This document shows positions 53,719 through 62,867 of a stretch of DNA of 64,000 nucleotides, piece by piece. Origin of the DNA: Spirochaetota bacterium (GTDB lineage Bacteria; Spirochaetota; Spirochaetia; Treponematales; UBA12059). The position numbers were made by a program, and so were the translations under genes. Position 1 is the stretch's first letter. Each line of letters opens with the position of its first letter. The stretch covers positions 10,158 through 74,157 of the forward strand of contig JAKQKE010000039.1 of NCBI GenBank assembly GCA_029560805.1, written 5' to 3'. A model generated the notes under the pieces. It had not been told where the DNA came from. It made no database searches and saw only the letters and a list, made by a program, of their open reading frames with translations.

Positions 53719-54822
53719 CTAGGCCCGGTGCGACTCCCGGTACTCGCTCGGGCTCATGCCGACGAGCTTGCGGAACTGGTTGTTGAAGACGGTCTTGGAG
53801 GCGTAGCCGGTCTCGAAGGCGATGTCCAGGATGCTGTCGCCGGGCCGCTCGACGAGAAGCCTCTTGACCCGCTCGACGCGCGTCGCGTTGAGCCAGGCCG
53901 GGAAGCTCATGCCCAGCTCACCGTTCAGGTATGCCGACAGCTTGTAGGCCGGTAGCCTCAGACGCTTGGCTAACGCGCTCAGGTTGAGCTCGGCCGACTC
54001 GTTGAGGGCTCCGGCCAGGACGGCCCGGTCGAGCCGCGCCGCGATGGCCGCCGTCTCCTCGGGGCCGAGCGCCCGACGTTGCTCGTGCCTGTCCTGGATC
54101 TCCTTGCGCGCGCGCTTGAACGCGTCCGGCCTCGCCCGGTAGTATAGGTGCCACGCGAGCATCATCAGCATCAGGGACAGGTGGCCGAGACGGTAGCCGA
54201 GGGTCGACGAGGCGGCCATCGATACGCCTATGACGCCGAGCGCGACGATGACGAGCGCGAAGGCGCCCAGGAACGACCACGCCGCGCCGGGCTCCCTCGG
54301 GAAGTCCGCCAGATGGCGCTTGCCGGCGACTAAGGAGATAACCGTGATGGCCACGGGCCATAGGTACACGCCGACCGTGCTGATCAGATGGAACGGGGCG
54401 AGCGACTGGCCGTCCTCGACGCTCGCTCCGAGCGTCCCGAGGCCGAACGCGAGGTCGAGGAACGGCAGCAGCCACAGAGTGGCCGACCAGGCCGCGCCTA
54501 TCAGGTATACCTTCCGGCGGGAACCCTTGACCGCCTCGTCGCCGAAGACGAACAGGGTGATCTCGAAGAGCGACTGGCTGATCGCGAAGACTATGGCCAG
54601 CAGGAGCAGCGAGTCGATGGGCCTCGGCGCCAGCCAGAAGCCGCTGAGCCAGCTGAGGGCGTAAGCCGCCCCGAGGGACAGGAACAGGGCGCCGAAGGCC
54701 TTGCGCACCCGCTCCCCGTCCGGCTCCACTATGAAACCGGCCCCGATGGCGATGAACGAAAGGCCGAAAGCCCCGCATAAGAAGTCGTACAGGCCGTCGG
54801 CCATCGCTTCCTCCGCGTCCAT
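53719..54822 (-). CDS. AraC-family transcriptional regulator fused to a ~7-TM N-terminal membrane domain
   Basis: 367 aa. About seven hydrophobic helices in the first 240 aa. C-terminal HTH 'LSALAKRLRLPAYKLSAYLN...IAFETGYASKTVFNNQFRKLVGMSPSEYR'. Confidence 0.85.
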   Translation of the reverse strand: MDAEEAMADGLYDFLCGAFGLSFIAIGAGFIVEPDGERVRKAFGALFLSLGAAYALSWLSGFWLAPRPIDSLLLLAIVFAISQSLFEITLFVFGDEAVKGSRRKVYLIGAAWSATLWLLPFLDLAFGLGTLGASVEDGQSLAPFHLISTVGVYLWPVAITVISLVAGKRHLADFPREPGAAWSFLGAFALVIVALGVIGVSMAASSTLGYRLGHLSLMLMMLAWHLYYRARPDAFKRARKEIQDRHEQRRALGPEETAAIAARLDRAVLAGALNESAELNLSALAKRLRLPAYKLSAYLNGELGMSFPAWLNATRVERVKRLLVERPGDSILDIAFETGYASKTVFNNQFRKLVGMSPSEYRESHRA

Positions 54823-54869
54823 GATCGCTCGGGATGCGCCGAGCGGTCAACCATGAATCGACGGCGCGC

Positions 54870-55934
54870 CTACGCGGACGCGAGGATCGTCGCGATGGAC
54901 GCTATGATCGCTCGCGACGCGCCTCGTAGGGCGACCCAGAGGGCGTCCCAGAGGGCGATCCGAAGGGCGACGAAGGAGGCAGCCGAGAGCAGGGCCTGCG
55001 CGTACATGAGCCTGACGGCCCCGCGGACGTGGGTCGAGGCGGCCTCGCCGCCGGTCGGGTTGATCCATGGCTTGCCGATGACGCCCTCGGCGTAGCGGGA
55101 CGGGCCGCCGAGCCTGAGGCCGAGCGCTCCCGCGTAGGCCGCCTCGGGATGGCCGGCGTTCGGGCTCTCGTGGGCCAGCCGCCAGCGGGCGAACGAGCGG
55201 AACGCCGCGCGCGGCGACCCGCCGGCGACCGGGGCGAGGAGGCAGGCGAGCGTCGACGACAGGCGGGCCGGCAGCCAGTTCGCGACGTCGTCGGCGCGGG
55301 CCGGCACGAGGCCGAAGCGTAGGTAGCGTTCGTCCTTGTGGCCGAACATAGAGTCCATCGTGTTGACGGCGCGGTACGCGAAGGCGCCGGCCGGCCCGAG
55401 CATGGCCGCCCAGAACAGCGGGGCGGCGGCGCCGTCGACCGAGCTCTCCGCGACGCTCTCGACGCAGGCGCGCGCGACGCCCGGCGCGTCGAGGGCCGAT
55501 ACGTCGCGGCCTACGAGCATCGATACGGCCGAGCGGGCACGTTCGAGCGCTCCTGGCTCGCCGCGCTCGGCGGCCTCGAGCGCGCGCCTGACGCGGGCCG
55601 CGTGCCCGGACAGGTCCGCCGGCGCTATCGAGGCCCAGACGACGAGCGTGTCGACGGCGAGGCCCGCCAGGGGATGTACGGCGCGGGCCGCCCGGCCCAA
55701 GGCGAGGGCGGAGCCGGCCGCTACGGCGACGACGGCCAGCCAGGCGGAGGCTCCGGCTAGAACGGGGCGCGCCTTCAAGACGCGCCTGGCCAGCGACTCG
55801 GCGCCGGCGGCGAGCCTTCCGAGCAGCCGTACCGGGTGCCAGGGCGCGGCCGGGTCACCGATCACGGCGTCGAGGACGAGGCCGCCCGCGATGGCCAGGG
55901 CCGCGTGGAGCGACGCGGGATCGGGCGCGCTCAC
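54870..55934 (-). CDS. cbiB: Adenosylcobinamide-phosphate synthase CbiB
   Basis: 'GLVLDAVIGDPAAPWHPVRLLGRLA', 'VNTMDSMFGHK' and 'ARADDVANWLPARL' are typical CbiB/CobD membrane-protein motifs. GTG 55934 overlaps the cobQ stop (GTGA). The track ORF upstream of this (to 56426) is Arg-rich and rejected. Confidence 0.85.
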   Translation of the reverse strand: MSAPDPASLHAALAIAGGLVLDAVIGDPAAPWHPVRLLGRLAAGAESLARRVLKARPVLAGASAWLAVVAVAAGSALALGRAARAVHPLAGLAVDTLVVWASIAPADLSGHAARVRRALEAAERGEPGALERARSAVSMLVGRDVSALDAPGVARACVESVAESSVDGAAAPLFWAAMLGPAGAFAYRAVNTMDSMFGHKDERYLRFGLVPARADDVANWLPARLSSTLACLLAPVAGGSPRAAFRSFARWRLAHESPNAGHPEAAYAGALGLRLGGPSRYAEGVIGKPWINPTGGEAASTHVRGAVRLMYAQALLSAASFVALRIALWDALWVALRGASRAIIASIATILASA

Positions 55935-58645
55935 AGCCCGAGCTCCGCGCGGATGTAGGGCAGGTCGACGTTGGCGCGGACGGCCTCCGCGAGGCGAGAC
56001 AGCTCGGCGTCGAGGCTCGGGCCGGAGCTCGGCGCCAGCGGCGCGAGTCCTTTTCGGGCGAGCAGCTCGTTTAGGAACGCGCGGCGGAAGCCGTCCGCGT
56101 CGAAGACGCCGTGCAGGTATCCGCCCCAGACGCGCCCAGAGCCGTAGCCGAGCGGCGCGCCGCCGTCGGACAGGATCACGGGTTCGGCCGAGGCCGTATC
56201 GACGGGCCTCGTCGCGCCGTGATGGATCTCGTAGCCGACCAGCGCGGCGTCCCGGGCCTCGGGTAGGCCGGAGCCGACCCAGCGCGCGCTCGAGCGCGAC
56301 AGCGTCTTGTCGGCCGCGAAGCTCGTGACCACGGGCAGGAGCCCGAGCCCCGGCGTCTCGCGGGACGGCGACTCGACCCCGTCGGGGTCGAGCAGGGACA
56401 GCCCAAGCATCTGATAGCCGCCGCATATCCCCGCTACAGCGCCGCCGGAGGCGGCGAATCGTACGATCGTCTCGGCAAGGCCCGACGCGCGGAGCCAGCC
56501 GAGGTCGTCGACGGTCGACTTGCTCCCGGGGATGATCACCGCGTCGAACCGGCCATAGTCGAACTCCTCGCTCGAGGAGACGGGCACGATCTCGACGTCG
56601 GGCTCGATGGCGAAGGCGTCAAGGTCGGTGAAATTCGACACGCGGCGTAGCCTCGGCACCGCGACGCGCAGCTCGGCGCCGGGGCGTCGGCCGGCCTTGA
56701 CGATAGGCTCGTCCTCGTCGGGTATGGCGAGGCCGCGTATCATCGGCACGCAGCCGAGCACGGGGTAGCCGGTCCGTTCCCGCGTCATCGCGAAGGCGTC
56801 GCCGAGCAGGGCCTGGTCGCCGCGGAATTTGTTGACGACGAAGCCGGACAGGAGGCCGAGCTCTGCCGGCGAGAAGGTAGCCACGTGGCCGATGAACGAG
56901 GCGAAGACGCCGCCTCGGTCTATGTCGCCGACCAGGAGGACGCGGGCGCCGGCGTGGATGGCCGCGTTCATGTTGACGAAGTCGCGGCTCTTTAAGTTGA
57001 TCTCGGCGGGGCTGCCGGCGCCCTCGAGCACGATCAGCTCGCGTTCAGAGGCCAGTTCGTCGTAGGCACGGCGGGCCGCAGCGCTCAGCTCGGCGTGCGT
57101 CGCGTAGTAGTCGCGGGCCGAGCGCCTCGCGTAGGGCCTGCCGAGCAGTACGACCTGGGAACCCGTGTCGCTCTCGGGCTTGAGCAGCACCGGATTCATG
57201 CGCGCGTCCGGCTCGAGGCCGCAGGCGGCTGCCTGGACGGCCTGGGCCCGGCCGATCTCGAGGCCGTCGGGCGTCACCGCGGAGTTGAGCGACATGTTCT
57301 GCGCCTTGTACGGCGCCACGTCGTAGCCCTCGTCGCGGAAGATGCGGCAGAAGGCGGCCGCGACGAGGCTCTTGCCCGCGCCGGAGGAACAGCCCTGGAT
57401 CATCAGCGCCTTGGCCCGGCGTCCGGCAGCCCTCGGGCCGGGCCGGGCGGCCGTCCCTCCTCGCAGCGCCGAGGCGAAGGCCGACGCTATGGCGTCGTTC
57501 TCGCCGGGCGAGCGGACGGCGACGCGCAGATAGTCGTCGGATAGCCCGTCGTAGTTGCCGCAGCGGCGGACCCCGACGCCCATGACGGCAAGGCGATCGG
57601 CCAGGTCGGACGTCGATAGGCCGGCGAGCCCCGCGTCGACGCGCACGAGGTAGTAGTTGGCCATGGAACGGAGCGGGGTCAGTCCGGGCAGGGCTCCGAT
57701 CATGGCGGCCATGCGCCCGCGCTCGGCCGCGACGAAGGCGCGGGTTAGCGAGCGGCGCTCTCCGGCCTCCGGGTCGGTCAGGGCCCGCCTGGCGAAGGCC
57801 TCGGCGACCGAATTGAGCGGCCAGTTCGGCAGCTCGGCCCGTATCGCGGCGGCCAGCCCCGCCGAGCAGACGGCGTAGCCGGCGCGCAGGCCCGGCACCG
57901 CCCAGAACTTGGTCATCGACCTGAGGACGATCAGGTTCGGAGCGGACGCGGCCTCGCGCGAGGCCCCGGCGGGATCGGCGCCCGCAGGGACGGCGCCGTC
58001 GCAGAAGTCCAGGAAGGCCTCGTCGCAGACGATCAGCTTGTCGGGACGGCGGCGCGCCAGCTCGACGACCGGGGCCGGATAGCCGGGCGGGAGGATGCCC
58101 GTCGGATTATTCGGCGCGCCGAGCCAGAGGATCGAGCCGGGGGGCGCGTCCGCGATAGCGGACTCGGCGGCCGACAGCGGACGCTCGCTCGGCGAGCCGG
58201 CTTCGACGACGCCGGGCGGGCTATCGGCCGGGGCCGGGATCGTGGCCGGGACCGTCGACACGGAGAGGCCCGCGGCCTCGGACGCGTCGCGGTACGAGGC
58301 GTAGGACGGAGCCTCGACTATGGCCGACGGTTCCGGTCCCGGCGCCGCGGCGTTGGCGGAGGCTCGCCGCCGGGCCGCGCGGGCGACGGCGAACATCAGC
58401 TCGTCGGCGCCGTTCCCGAATACGATGCGGTCGTCCGGCACGCCGAGCCGCCCGGCCGCGGCGGCCCGGAGGCCGCGGTAGAGCGGGTCGGGGTAGCGGC
58501 CGGACAGCCTGCGGCCCTCGGCGAAGGCCGCGTCGAGCCAGTCGGGCGGCCCGAGCGGGTTCAGGTTGGCGCTGGCGTCGACGACGGCCGACTCGGGCAG
58601 GCCGGAAGCCTCGGCGAGCGCGACGAAGTCGCCGCCGTGCTTCAG
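55931..58645 (-). CDS. cobQ: In-frame fusion: threonine-phosphate decarboxylase-like aminotransferase (CobD/CobC type, N-terminal) + cobyric acid synthase (CobQ/CbiP, C-terminal)
   Basis: N-terminal part: 'KHGGD', 'SANLNPLGPP', 'RYPDP', 'LGAPNNPTG', 'RSMTKFWAVPGLRAGY' (PLP Lys). C-terminal part starts at ~57403: 'MIQGCSSGAGKS', 'LEGAGSPAEINL', 'GICGGYQMLG', 'GYEIHHG'. There is no stop codon between the two parts. The 5' end is uncertain: no ATG/GTG/TTG lies upstream of the conserved 'HGG', a CTG sits at 58645 with GGAG 5 nt upstream, and the first canonical start is GTG 58441. Confidence 0.75.
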   Translation of the reverse strand: MKHGGDFVALAEASGLPESAVVDASANLNPLGPPDWLDAAFAEGRRLSGRYPDPLYRGLRAAAAGRLGVPDDRIVFGNGADELMFAVARAARRRASANAAAPGPEPSAIVEAPSYASYRDASEAAGLSVSTVPATIPAPADSPPGVVEAGSPSERPLSAAESAIADAPPGSILWLGAPNNPTGILPPGYPAPVVELARRRPDKLIVCDEAFLDFCDGAVPAGADPAGASREAASAPNLIVLRSMTKFWAVPGLRAGYAVCSAGLAAAIRAELPNWPLNSVAEAFARRALTDPEAGERRSLTRAFVAAERGRMAAMIGALPGLTPLRSMANYYLVRVDAGLAGLSTSDLADRLAVMGVGVRRCGNYDGLSDDYLRVAVRSPGENDAIASAFASALRGGTAARPGPRAAGRRAKALMIQGCSSGAGKSLVAAAFCRIFRDEGYDVAPYKAQNMSLNSAVTPDGLEIGRAQAVQAAACGLEPDARMNPVLLKPESDTGSQVVLLGRPYARRSARDYYATHAELSAAARRAYDELASERELIVLEGAGSPAEINLKSRDFVNMNAAIHAGARVLLVGDIDRGGVFASFIGHVATFSPAELGLLSGFVVNKFRGDQALLGDAFAMTRERTGYPVLGCVPMIRGLAIPDEDEPIVKAGRRPGAELRVAVPRLRRVSNFTDLDAFAIEPDVEIVPVSSSEEFDYGRFDAVIIPGSKSTVDDLGWLRASGLAETIVRFAASGGAVAGICGGYQMLGLSLLDPDGVESPSRETPGLGLLPVVTSFAADKTLSRSSARWVGSGLPEARDAALVGYEIHHGATRPVDTASAEPVILSDGGAPLGYGSGRVWGGYLHGVFDADGFRRAFLNELLARKGLAPLAPSSGPSLDAELSRLAEAVRANVDLPYIRAELGL

Positions 58646-58689
58646 GACTGCTCCAGGCCCTTCGCCTGCCGCGTCGCGCGGGGCGGGGC

Positions 58690-59748
58690 TCAGAAATCCT
58701 TCTCCTCGCCGGAGGCCTTGGAGACGGCCGCGTCGGAGAAGCGGGACATCTCGCCGGCTATCCTGGCTCCCAGCTCGACGATGAAGCCTCCGATGACGGC
58801 GCCGGTGCCCTCGCCCAGGCGCATGTCGAGCGACACGACCGGCTCGAGGCCGAGCGCCTCGAGCACCGGGCGGTGGCCCTTGACCCTGGATTGGTGGCCG
58901 GCGAACAGGTAGTCGGTGACGCTCGGGTCTATCTTCCAAGCTATGACCGCGCCGGCCGTGATCGGGAAGCCGTCGAGCATGCAGGCGACGCCCTTGCCCT
59001 TGAGCCCGAGTATCACGCCCGCGGCCGTGGCTATCTCCGGCCCGGCGAAGGCCGCGCCGACCGACTCGGGGGTCGGGTAGGGGCCGCGGGCCGCCACCGC
59101 CTCCGTGATGAGCGCCCGCTTCCGTTCCAGCGCCTCGTCGTCGATGCCGGTGCCCCGGTCGACGACCAGGTCGGGGTCGAAGCCGTAGCCGGCCAGCACC
59201 GCGGCCGCGCTCGTCGTGTTGCCGATGCCCATGTCGCCGAGGGCGACGATGTCGTAGCCCTCGCGGACCGCTAGCTCGGCCAGCTTCTGGCCGTTGTGCA
59301 GGCACTGGAGGAATTCGATCTCGGTAAAGGCCGGCTCGACGGTGAAGTCCCTGGTGCCGCGCACCGCCTTCATCGGGACGTAGCGCGGCTTGCCGTCCGC
59401 GCCGCCGCTGGGATAGTCGGGCAGATCGGCGTCGACGCCCGCGTCTACGACGAACACGTCGAAACCGCAGGCCCTGGACAGCACGTTGATGCCGGCGCCG
59501 CCCGCCATGATGTTCGCGAACATCTGGGCTGTGACCTCTTTCGGGTACAGCGACACGCCGCGCGAGACGACGCCGTGGTCGCCCGCCAGCACGAAGGCCG
59601 CCTTCCGCCTGACCCGCGGGGGCACGCGCCCCTGGATCACCGCCAGCCTCGAGGCGTAGTCCTCGAGCCGGCCCAGGCTGCCCTTGGGCTTGGTCAGGTC
59701 GTCGAGCAACGCCGAGACCTCGCTCAGTATCCGCTTATCGTCCATCAT
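58690..59748 (-). CDS. cobT: Nicotinate-nucleotide--dimethylbenzimidazole phosphoribosyltransferase
   Basis: 352 aa. 'LTKPKGSLGRLE', 'VLAGDHGV', 'GDMGIGNTTSAAA', 'RLGEGTGA' are canonical CobT motifs. Confidence 0.92.
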   Translation of the reverse strand: MMDDKRILSEVSALLDDLTKPKGSLGRLEDYASRLAVIQGRVPPRVRRKAAFVLAGDHGVVSRGVSLYPKEVTAQMFANIMAGGAGINVLSRACGFDVFVVDAGVDADLPDYPSGGADGKPRYVPMKAVRGTRDFTVEPAFTEIEFLQCLHNGQKLAELAVREGYDIVALGDMGIGNTTSAAAVLAGYGFDPDLVVDRGTGIDDEALERKRALITEAVAARGPYPTPESVGAAFAGPEIATAAGVILGLKGKGVACMLDGFPITAGAVIAWKIDPSVTDYLFAGHQSRVKGHRPVLEALGLEPVVSLDMRLGEGTGAVIGGFIVELGARIAGEMSRFSDAAVSKASGEEKDF

Positions 59749-60541
59749 GGCTCTCCTTGGCTCGTTTCCGCGACAGGGGCAGTACGTAGGGTCCGTACGA
59801 CTCGTGGTCGCCGTGTATAAAATGGGTATCGTAAGCGTTCTCGAGGTTCTCGGGCGTCAGGACGTCGCCGGGGGCGCCGAAGGCCGCCGAGCCGTCCTTG
59901 CCGACGAGCAGGGCAAGGTCGGAGAAGCGCTTGGCGGCGTTGACGTCGTGGACGCTGACGGCGACGGCCTTGCCGGAGCGCGCGAGGCCGGCCAGCAGCT
60001 CCATCAGCTCCATCTGCCGGCCCGGGTCCAGGTGGGCCGCCGGCTCGTCGAGCACGATGAGCGGCGTCTCCTGCGCCAGGGCCCTGGCTATCATCACGCG
60101 CCTGGCCTCGCCGCCGGACAGCGACGAGAAGGGCCGGTCGGCGAAGGCCCGGGCGTCCATCGCGTCCAGGGCCGCGTCGACGGCCGCCTCGTCGTCGCCG
60201 TTCAACGGCATGAAGGGCCCGCGCGCGGCGAATCGGCCCTGCGCGACGATGTCGCGCGATCGGTACGACCATGCCGACTCCGCGAGCTGCGGCACCCAGG
60301 CCGCCAGCCGCGCCCGTTCGCGCGGACGCAGGCCGGTTACCGGCAGCCCGCCGAGCAGCGCGTCGCCGGACAGCGGCGGCAGGAGGCCGAGGCAGGTCTT
60401 GAGCACGGTGGTCTTGCCGCAGCCGTTGGGGCCGAGCACGACGAGCAGCGAGCCGGCCGATACGGAGAAGGACGCGCCCGCGACGACGACCCGCTCGCCG
60501 TAGCCGGCCGACAGGCCGCGCGCCTCGAGCAGGGCGCTCAT
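59735..60541 (-). CDS. btuD: Fe3+-siderophore/cobalamin-type ABC transporter ATP-binding protein
   Basis: 268 aa. Walker A 'GPNGCGKTT'. Signature 'LSGGEARR'. Walker B 'LIVLDEPAAHLD'. It lies in a cobalamin-riboswitch-led operon, and the symbol is assigned from that context. Confidence 0.85.
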   Translation of the reverse strand: MSALLEARGLSAGYGERVVVAGASFSVSAGSLLVVLGPNGCGKTTVLKTCLGLLPPLSGDALLGGLPVTGLRPRERARLAAWVPQLAESAWSYRSRDIVAQGRFAARGPFMPLNGDDEAAVDAALDAMDARAFADRPFSSLSGGEARRVMIARALAQETPLIVLDEPAAHLDPGRQMELMELLAGLARSGKAVAVSVHDVNAAKRFSDLALLVGKDGSAAFGAPGDVLTPENLENAYDTHFIHGDHESYGPYVLPLSRKRAKESHDGR

Positions 60542-61575
60542 CGGGCGCCGTCCAGTCCGCGCCTGGCTATCTTGTATACGAAGAACGGCGCCCCGATCAG
60601 CGCCGTCATGGCGCCGACCGGCATCTCGACCGGCGCGAAGGCGGTGCGCGCGACGACGTCCGCGACGACGAGGAGCGAGGCGCCGACGAGGGCCGCCGCG
60701 GGTATCAGCCGTACGTGCCTCGGGCCGACGAAGCGCCTGGCTATGTGCGGCGAGACCAGCCCGACGAAGCCGATGGCGCCGGACAGGGCGACCGCGGCCG
60801 ATACGGACAGAGCCGCGAAGCCGCCGACGACGAAGCGGGTCGCGGCCGGCCTGAGGCCGAGGCTGGTCGCCTCCTCGTCGCCGACCGACAAGAGGTCGAG
60901 GGAACGGGACCCGGCCATCGCGGCCGCGAAGCCCGCCAGCATGGCCGGAGCGGACGCCGCGAGCTCGGGCAGGCCGCGCCCGGAGAAGCCGCCGAGCAGC
61001 CAGAACCAGGCCTGGTGCAGGTCCTTGTCCTTGAGCGCCAGCACGATCGATACGAGGGCGGAGAACAGCGAGCCGAGGGCGGTGCCGGCCAGGAGCAGGC
61101 TCGAGGCGTCTGAACGGAGGCGGGGCGCGCCGGCTACGAGGTAGACGACCATGGTCGCGCCGAGCCCGCCGGCGAAGGCGGCGAGCCCGATGCCCGAGAA
61201 GCCGAGCGCGCCAGCGCCCGAGCCGAAGGCTATCGCGCAGACGGCGCCTAGGGCGGCGCCTCCGGAGCTGCCGATCACGTAGGGGTCGGCGAGCGGGTTG
61301 CGGAACAGGCCCTGGAACACGGCCCCGGAGGCGGCGAGCGACGCGCCGACCGCCGCGGCGAGGCAGGCGCGGGCGAACCTGATGCCTACGATGATCGCCT
61401 CGGGTGACGAGGCGACCCTGGGTGACGAGGCTTCGCGCGACGAAAGCAAGGCCCGCGCGGCCTCGACCGGCGACAGCCTGACCGCGCCGAGCGCGATGGC
61501 GGCCGCGAACGACGCCGCGAGCAGCGTAATGAGCCCCGCGTAGGCCAAGGCGGCCCGTTTCCCGTCCTTTGACAT
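60538..61575 (-). CDS. btuC: FecCD-family ABC permease (corrinoid uptake by context)
   Basis: 345 aa, ~9-10 TM segments. 'RNPLADPYVIGSSGGAALGA' and 'GAIGFVGLVSPHIAR' are typical FecCD/BtuC motifs. ATGA overlap with the ATPase gene. Confidence 0.88.
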   Translation of the reverse strand: MSKDGKRAALAYAGLITLLAASFAAAIALGAVRLSPVEAARALLSSREASSPRVASSPEAIIVGIRFARACLAAAVGASLAASGAVFQGLFRNPLADPYVIGSSGGAALGAVCAIAFGSGAGALGFSGIGLAAFAGGLGATMVVYLVAGAPRLRSDASSLLLAGTALGSLFSALVSIVLALKDKDLHQAWFWLLGGFSGRGLPELAASAPAMLAGFAAAMAGSRSLDLLSVGDEEATSLGLRPAATRFVVGGFAALSVSAAVALSGAIGFVGLVSPHIARRFVGPRHVRLIPAAALVGASLLVVADVVARTAFAPVEMPVGAMTALIGAPFFVYKIARRGLDGAR

Positions 61576-61585
61576 GCGCCCGCCG

Positions 61586-62485
61586 TTACCTGTCGTACAG
61601 GTCCGGGTACAGGGCGCGCGCCATCAGCTCGACGGCCTCGACGAAGCGCGGGCCGGCGCGCGCGACTATGTCGCCGTCGAGGAACACGAGCTTGCCGTTC
61701 CTGACGGCCCGTAGCGACGTCCAGCCGGACCGCTTGGCGAGGCGCTCGGGCGTCAGGGCCTCGCCGTGGCTGTCGGCGGCCATGATGTAGTCGGGGTCGC
61801 GCGCGAGCAGCGCCTCGAAGCTGACGACCGGCCAGTCGGAGGTCGCGTCCGCGAAGCAGTTGCGGCCGCCGGCCGCCTCGATTACCTGGCCTGTGAAGGT
61901 GCCAGGACCCGCGCTCATCAAGGGCTCGTCCCAGGTTTCCCAGAACACGAGCGGCCGCTCCGAGACGGGTACGGCGGCGATCTTCGCGCTGACGGCGGCG
62001 AGCCTGGTCTTCATATCGGCTACGAGCGCGAGCGCGGTCGTCTCGTCCCCGGCTACGCGCCCGAGCAGCTCTATGGTCGCGTATATATCGTCGAAGTCGG
62101 TCGTCGGTAGCGCGGCGAAGCGCAGGCCGGCGCGCTCGAACTGGGCGGCGAGCTGGCCGTGGGCTGAGAGGCCGCCGACCACGAGGTCCGGCTTGAGCGC
62201 GACGATGGTCTCGACGCTGATCGTCTTGGCGGAGAAGCCGCCTATCTTGGTCCTGCCCGACGCCTCGGCCGGGTAGTTGCAGTAGGTGGTCACGCCGACG
62301 ACCGCGTCTCCGGCTCCGGCCGCGAACAGCGACTCGGTCAGCTCGGGCGACAGCGACACGACGCGCCTCGCCTTGCCGGGCATGCTGATCGTCGCTCCTC
62401 GCTCGTCGACGAACGATACGGGGTCGGCCGCGGCCGCCGCGACGGCGATCGCGAGCGCGCAGAGCGACATGATGACGCGTTTCAT
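61586..62485 (-). CDS. btuF: Periplasmic corrinoid-binding protein (BtuF-like, cluster A type II SBP)
   Basis: 299 aa with a signal peptide. 'RRVVSLSPELTESLFAAGAGDAVVGVTTYCNYP' and 'KPDLVVG' are typical of BtuF/FhuD-like binders. AAGGAGGAA RBS. First gene after the riboswitch. Confidence 0.85.
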   Translation of the reverse strand: MKRVIMSLCALAIAVAAAAADPVSFVDERGATISMPGKARRVVSLSPELTESLFAAGAGDAVVGVTTYCNYPAEASGRTKIGGFSAKTISVETIVALKPDLVVGGLSAHGQLAAQFERAGLRFAALPTTDFDDIYATIELLGRVAGDETTALALVADMKTRLAAVSAKIAAVPVSERPLVFWETWDEPLMSAGPGTFTGQVIEAAGGRNCFADATSDWPVVSFEALLARDPDYIMAADSHGEALTPERLAKRSGWTSLRAVRNGKLVFLDGDIVARAGPRFVEAVELMARALYPDLYDR

Positions 62486-62529
62486 AGCTTCCTCCTTGAT
62501 CGGGCGCGGGCGCCGCTATGTCGCGGATG

Positions 62530-62775
62530 CCGTGCGCGCGTGACGGAGGAACGGTTCCTGATCGGGGTGCCATCGACGGGCCGGCGCCGCCTGGCCGCCG
62601 GACTATCGCTTTACGCCTGTACCACGAAGCGTTCCACGAAGATCACGCCGGCGCGGGTATCCTGGCTCGCCGGCGCCCGGAGCGGGCGCGGCCTACAGTT
62701 ACGGGCTAGCTCCGGATTCTCACCGGATTCCCCCGCGTCGCGTTACTCCGGTACTATAGGTACGGCGACGTCGGG
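62530..62775 (-). promoter_or_regulatory. Cobalamin (B12) riboswitch
   Basis: The minus-strand RNA contains 'GGGGGAAUCCGGUGAGAAUCCGGAGCUAGCCCGUAACUGUA' (plus 62712-62733 and flanks) and the B12 box 'AGCCAGGAUACCCGC' (plus 62653-62667). A downstream 'UUCCUCC' (plus 62545-62551) is exactly complementary to the btuF Shine-Dalgarno 'GGAGGAA' (plus 62489-62495). Confidence 0.85.
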
Positions 62776-62838
62776 GGTCAAGGGGACGACTGGCCCCGCG
62801 TCGCGCCTCGGGTCCTGATCAGTCGGGCTTGTAATATA

Positions 62839-62867
62839 TTGATATAAATATCGATATATGTTATCAA
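62839..62867. promoter_or_regulatory. AT-rich palindromic element with promoter-like hexamers in both orientations
   Basis: 'TTGATAtaaatatcgatatatgtTATCAA' reads TTGATA-N17-TATCAA on both strands. It is flanked by GGGCTTG (62825-62831) and CAAGCCC (62873-62879). This is the only strongly AT-rich patch in the window and it lies between divergent transcription units. Confidence 0.45.
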
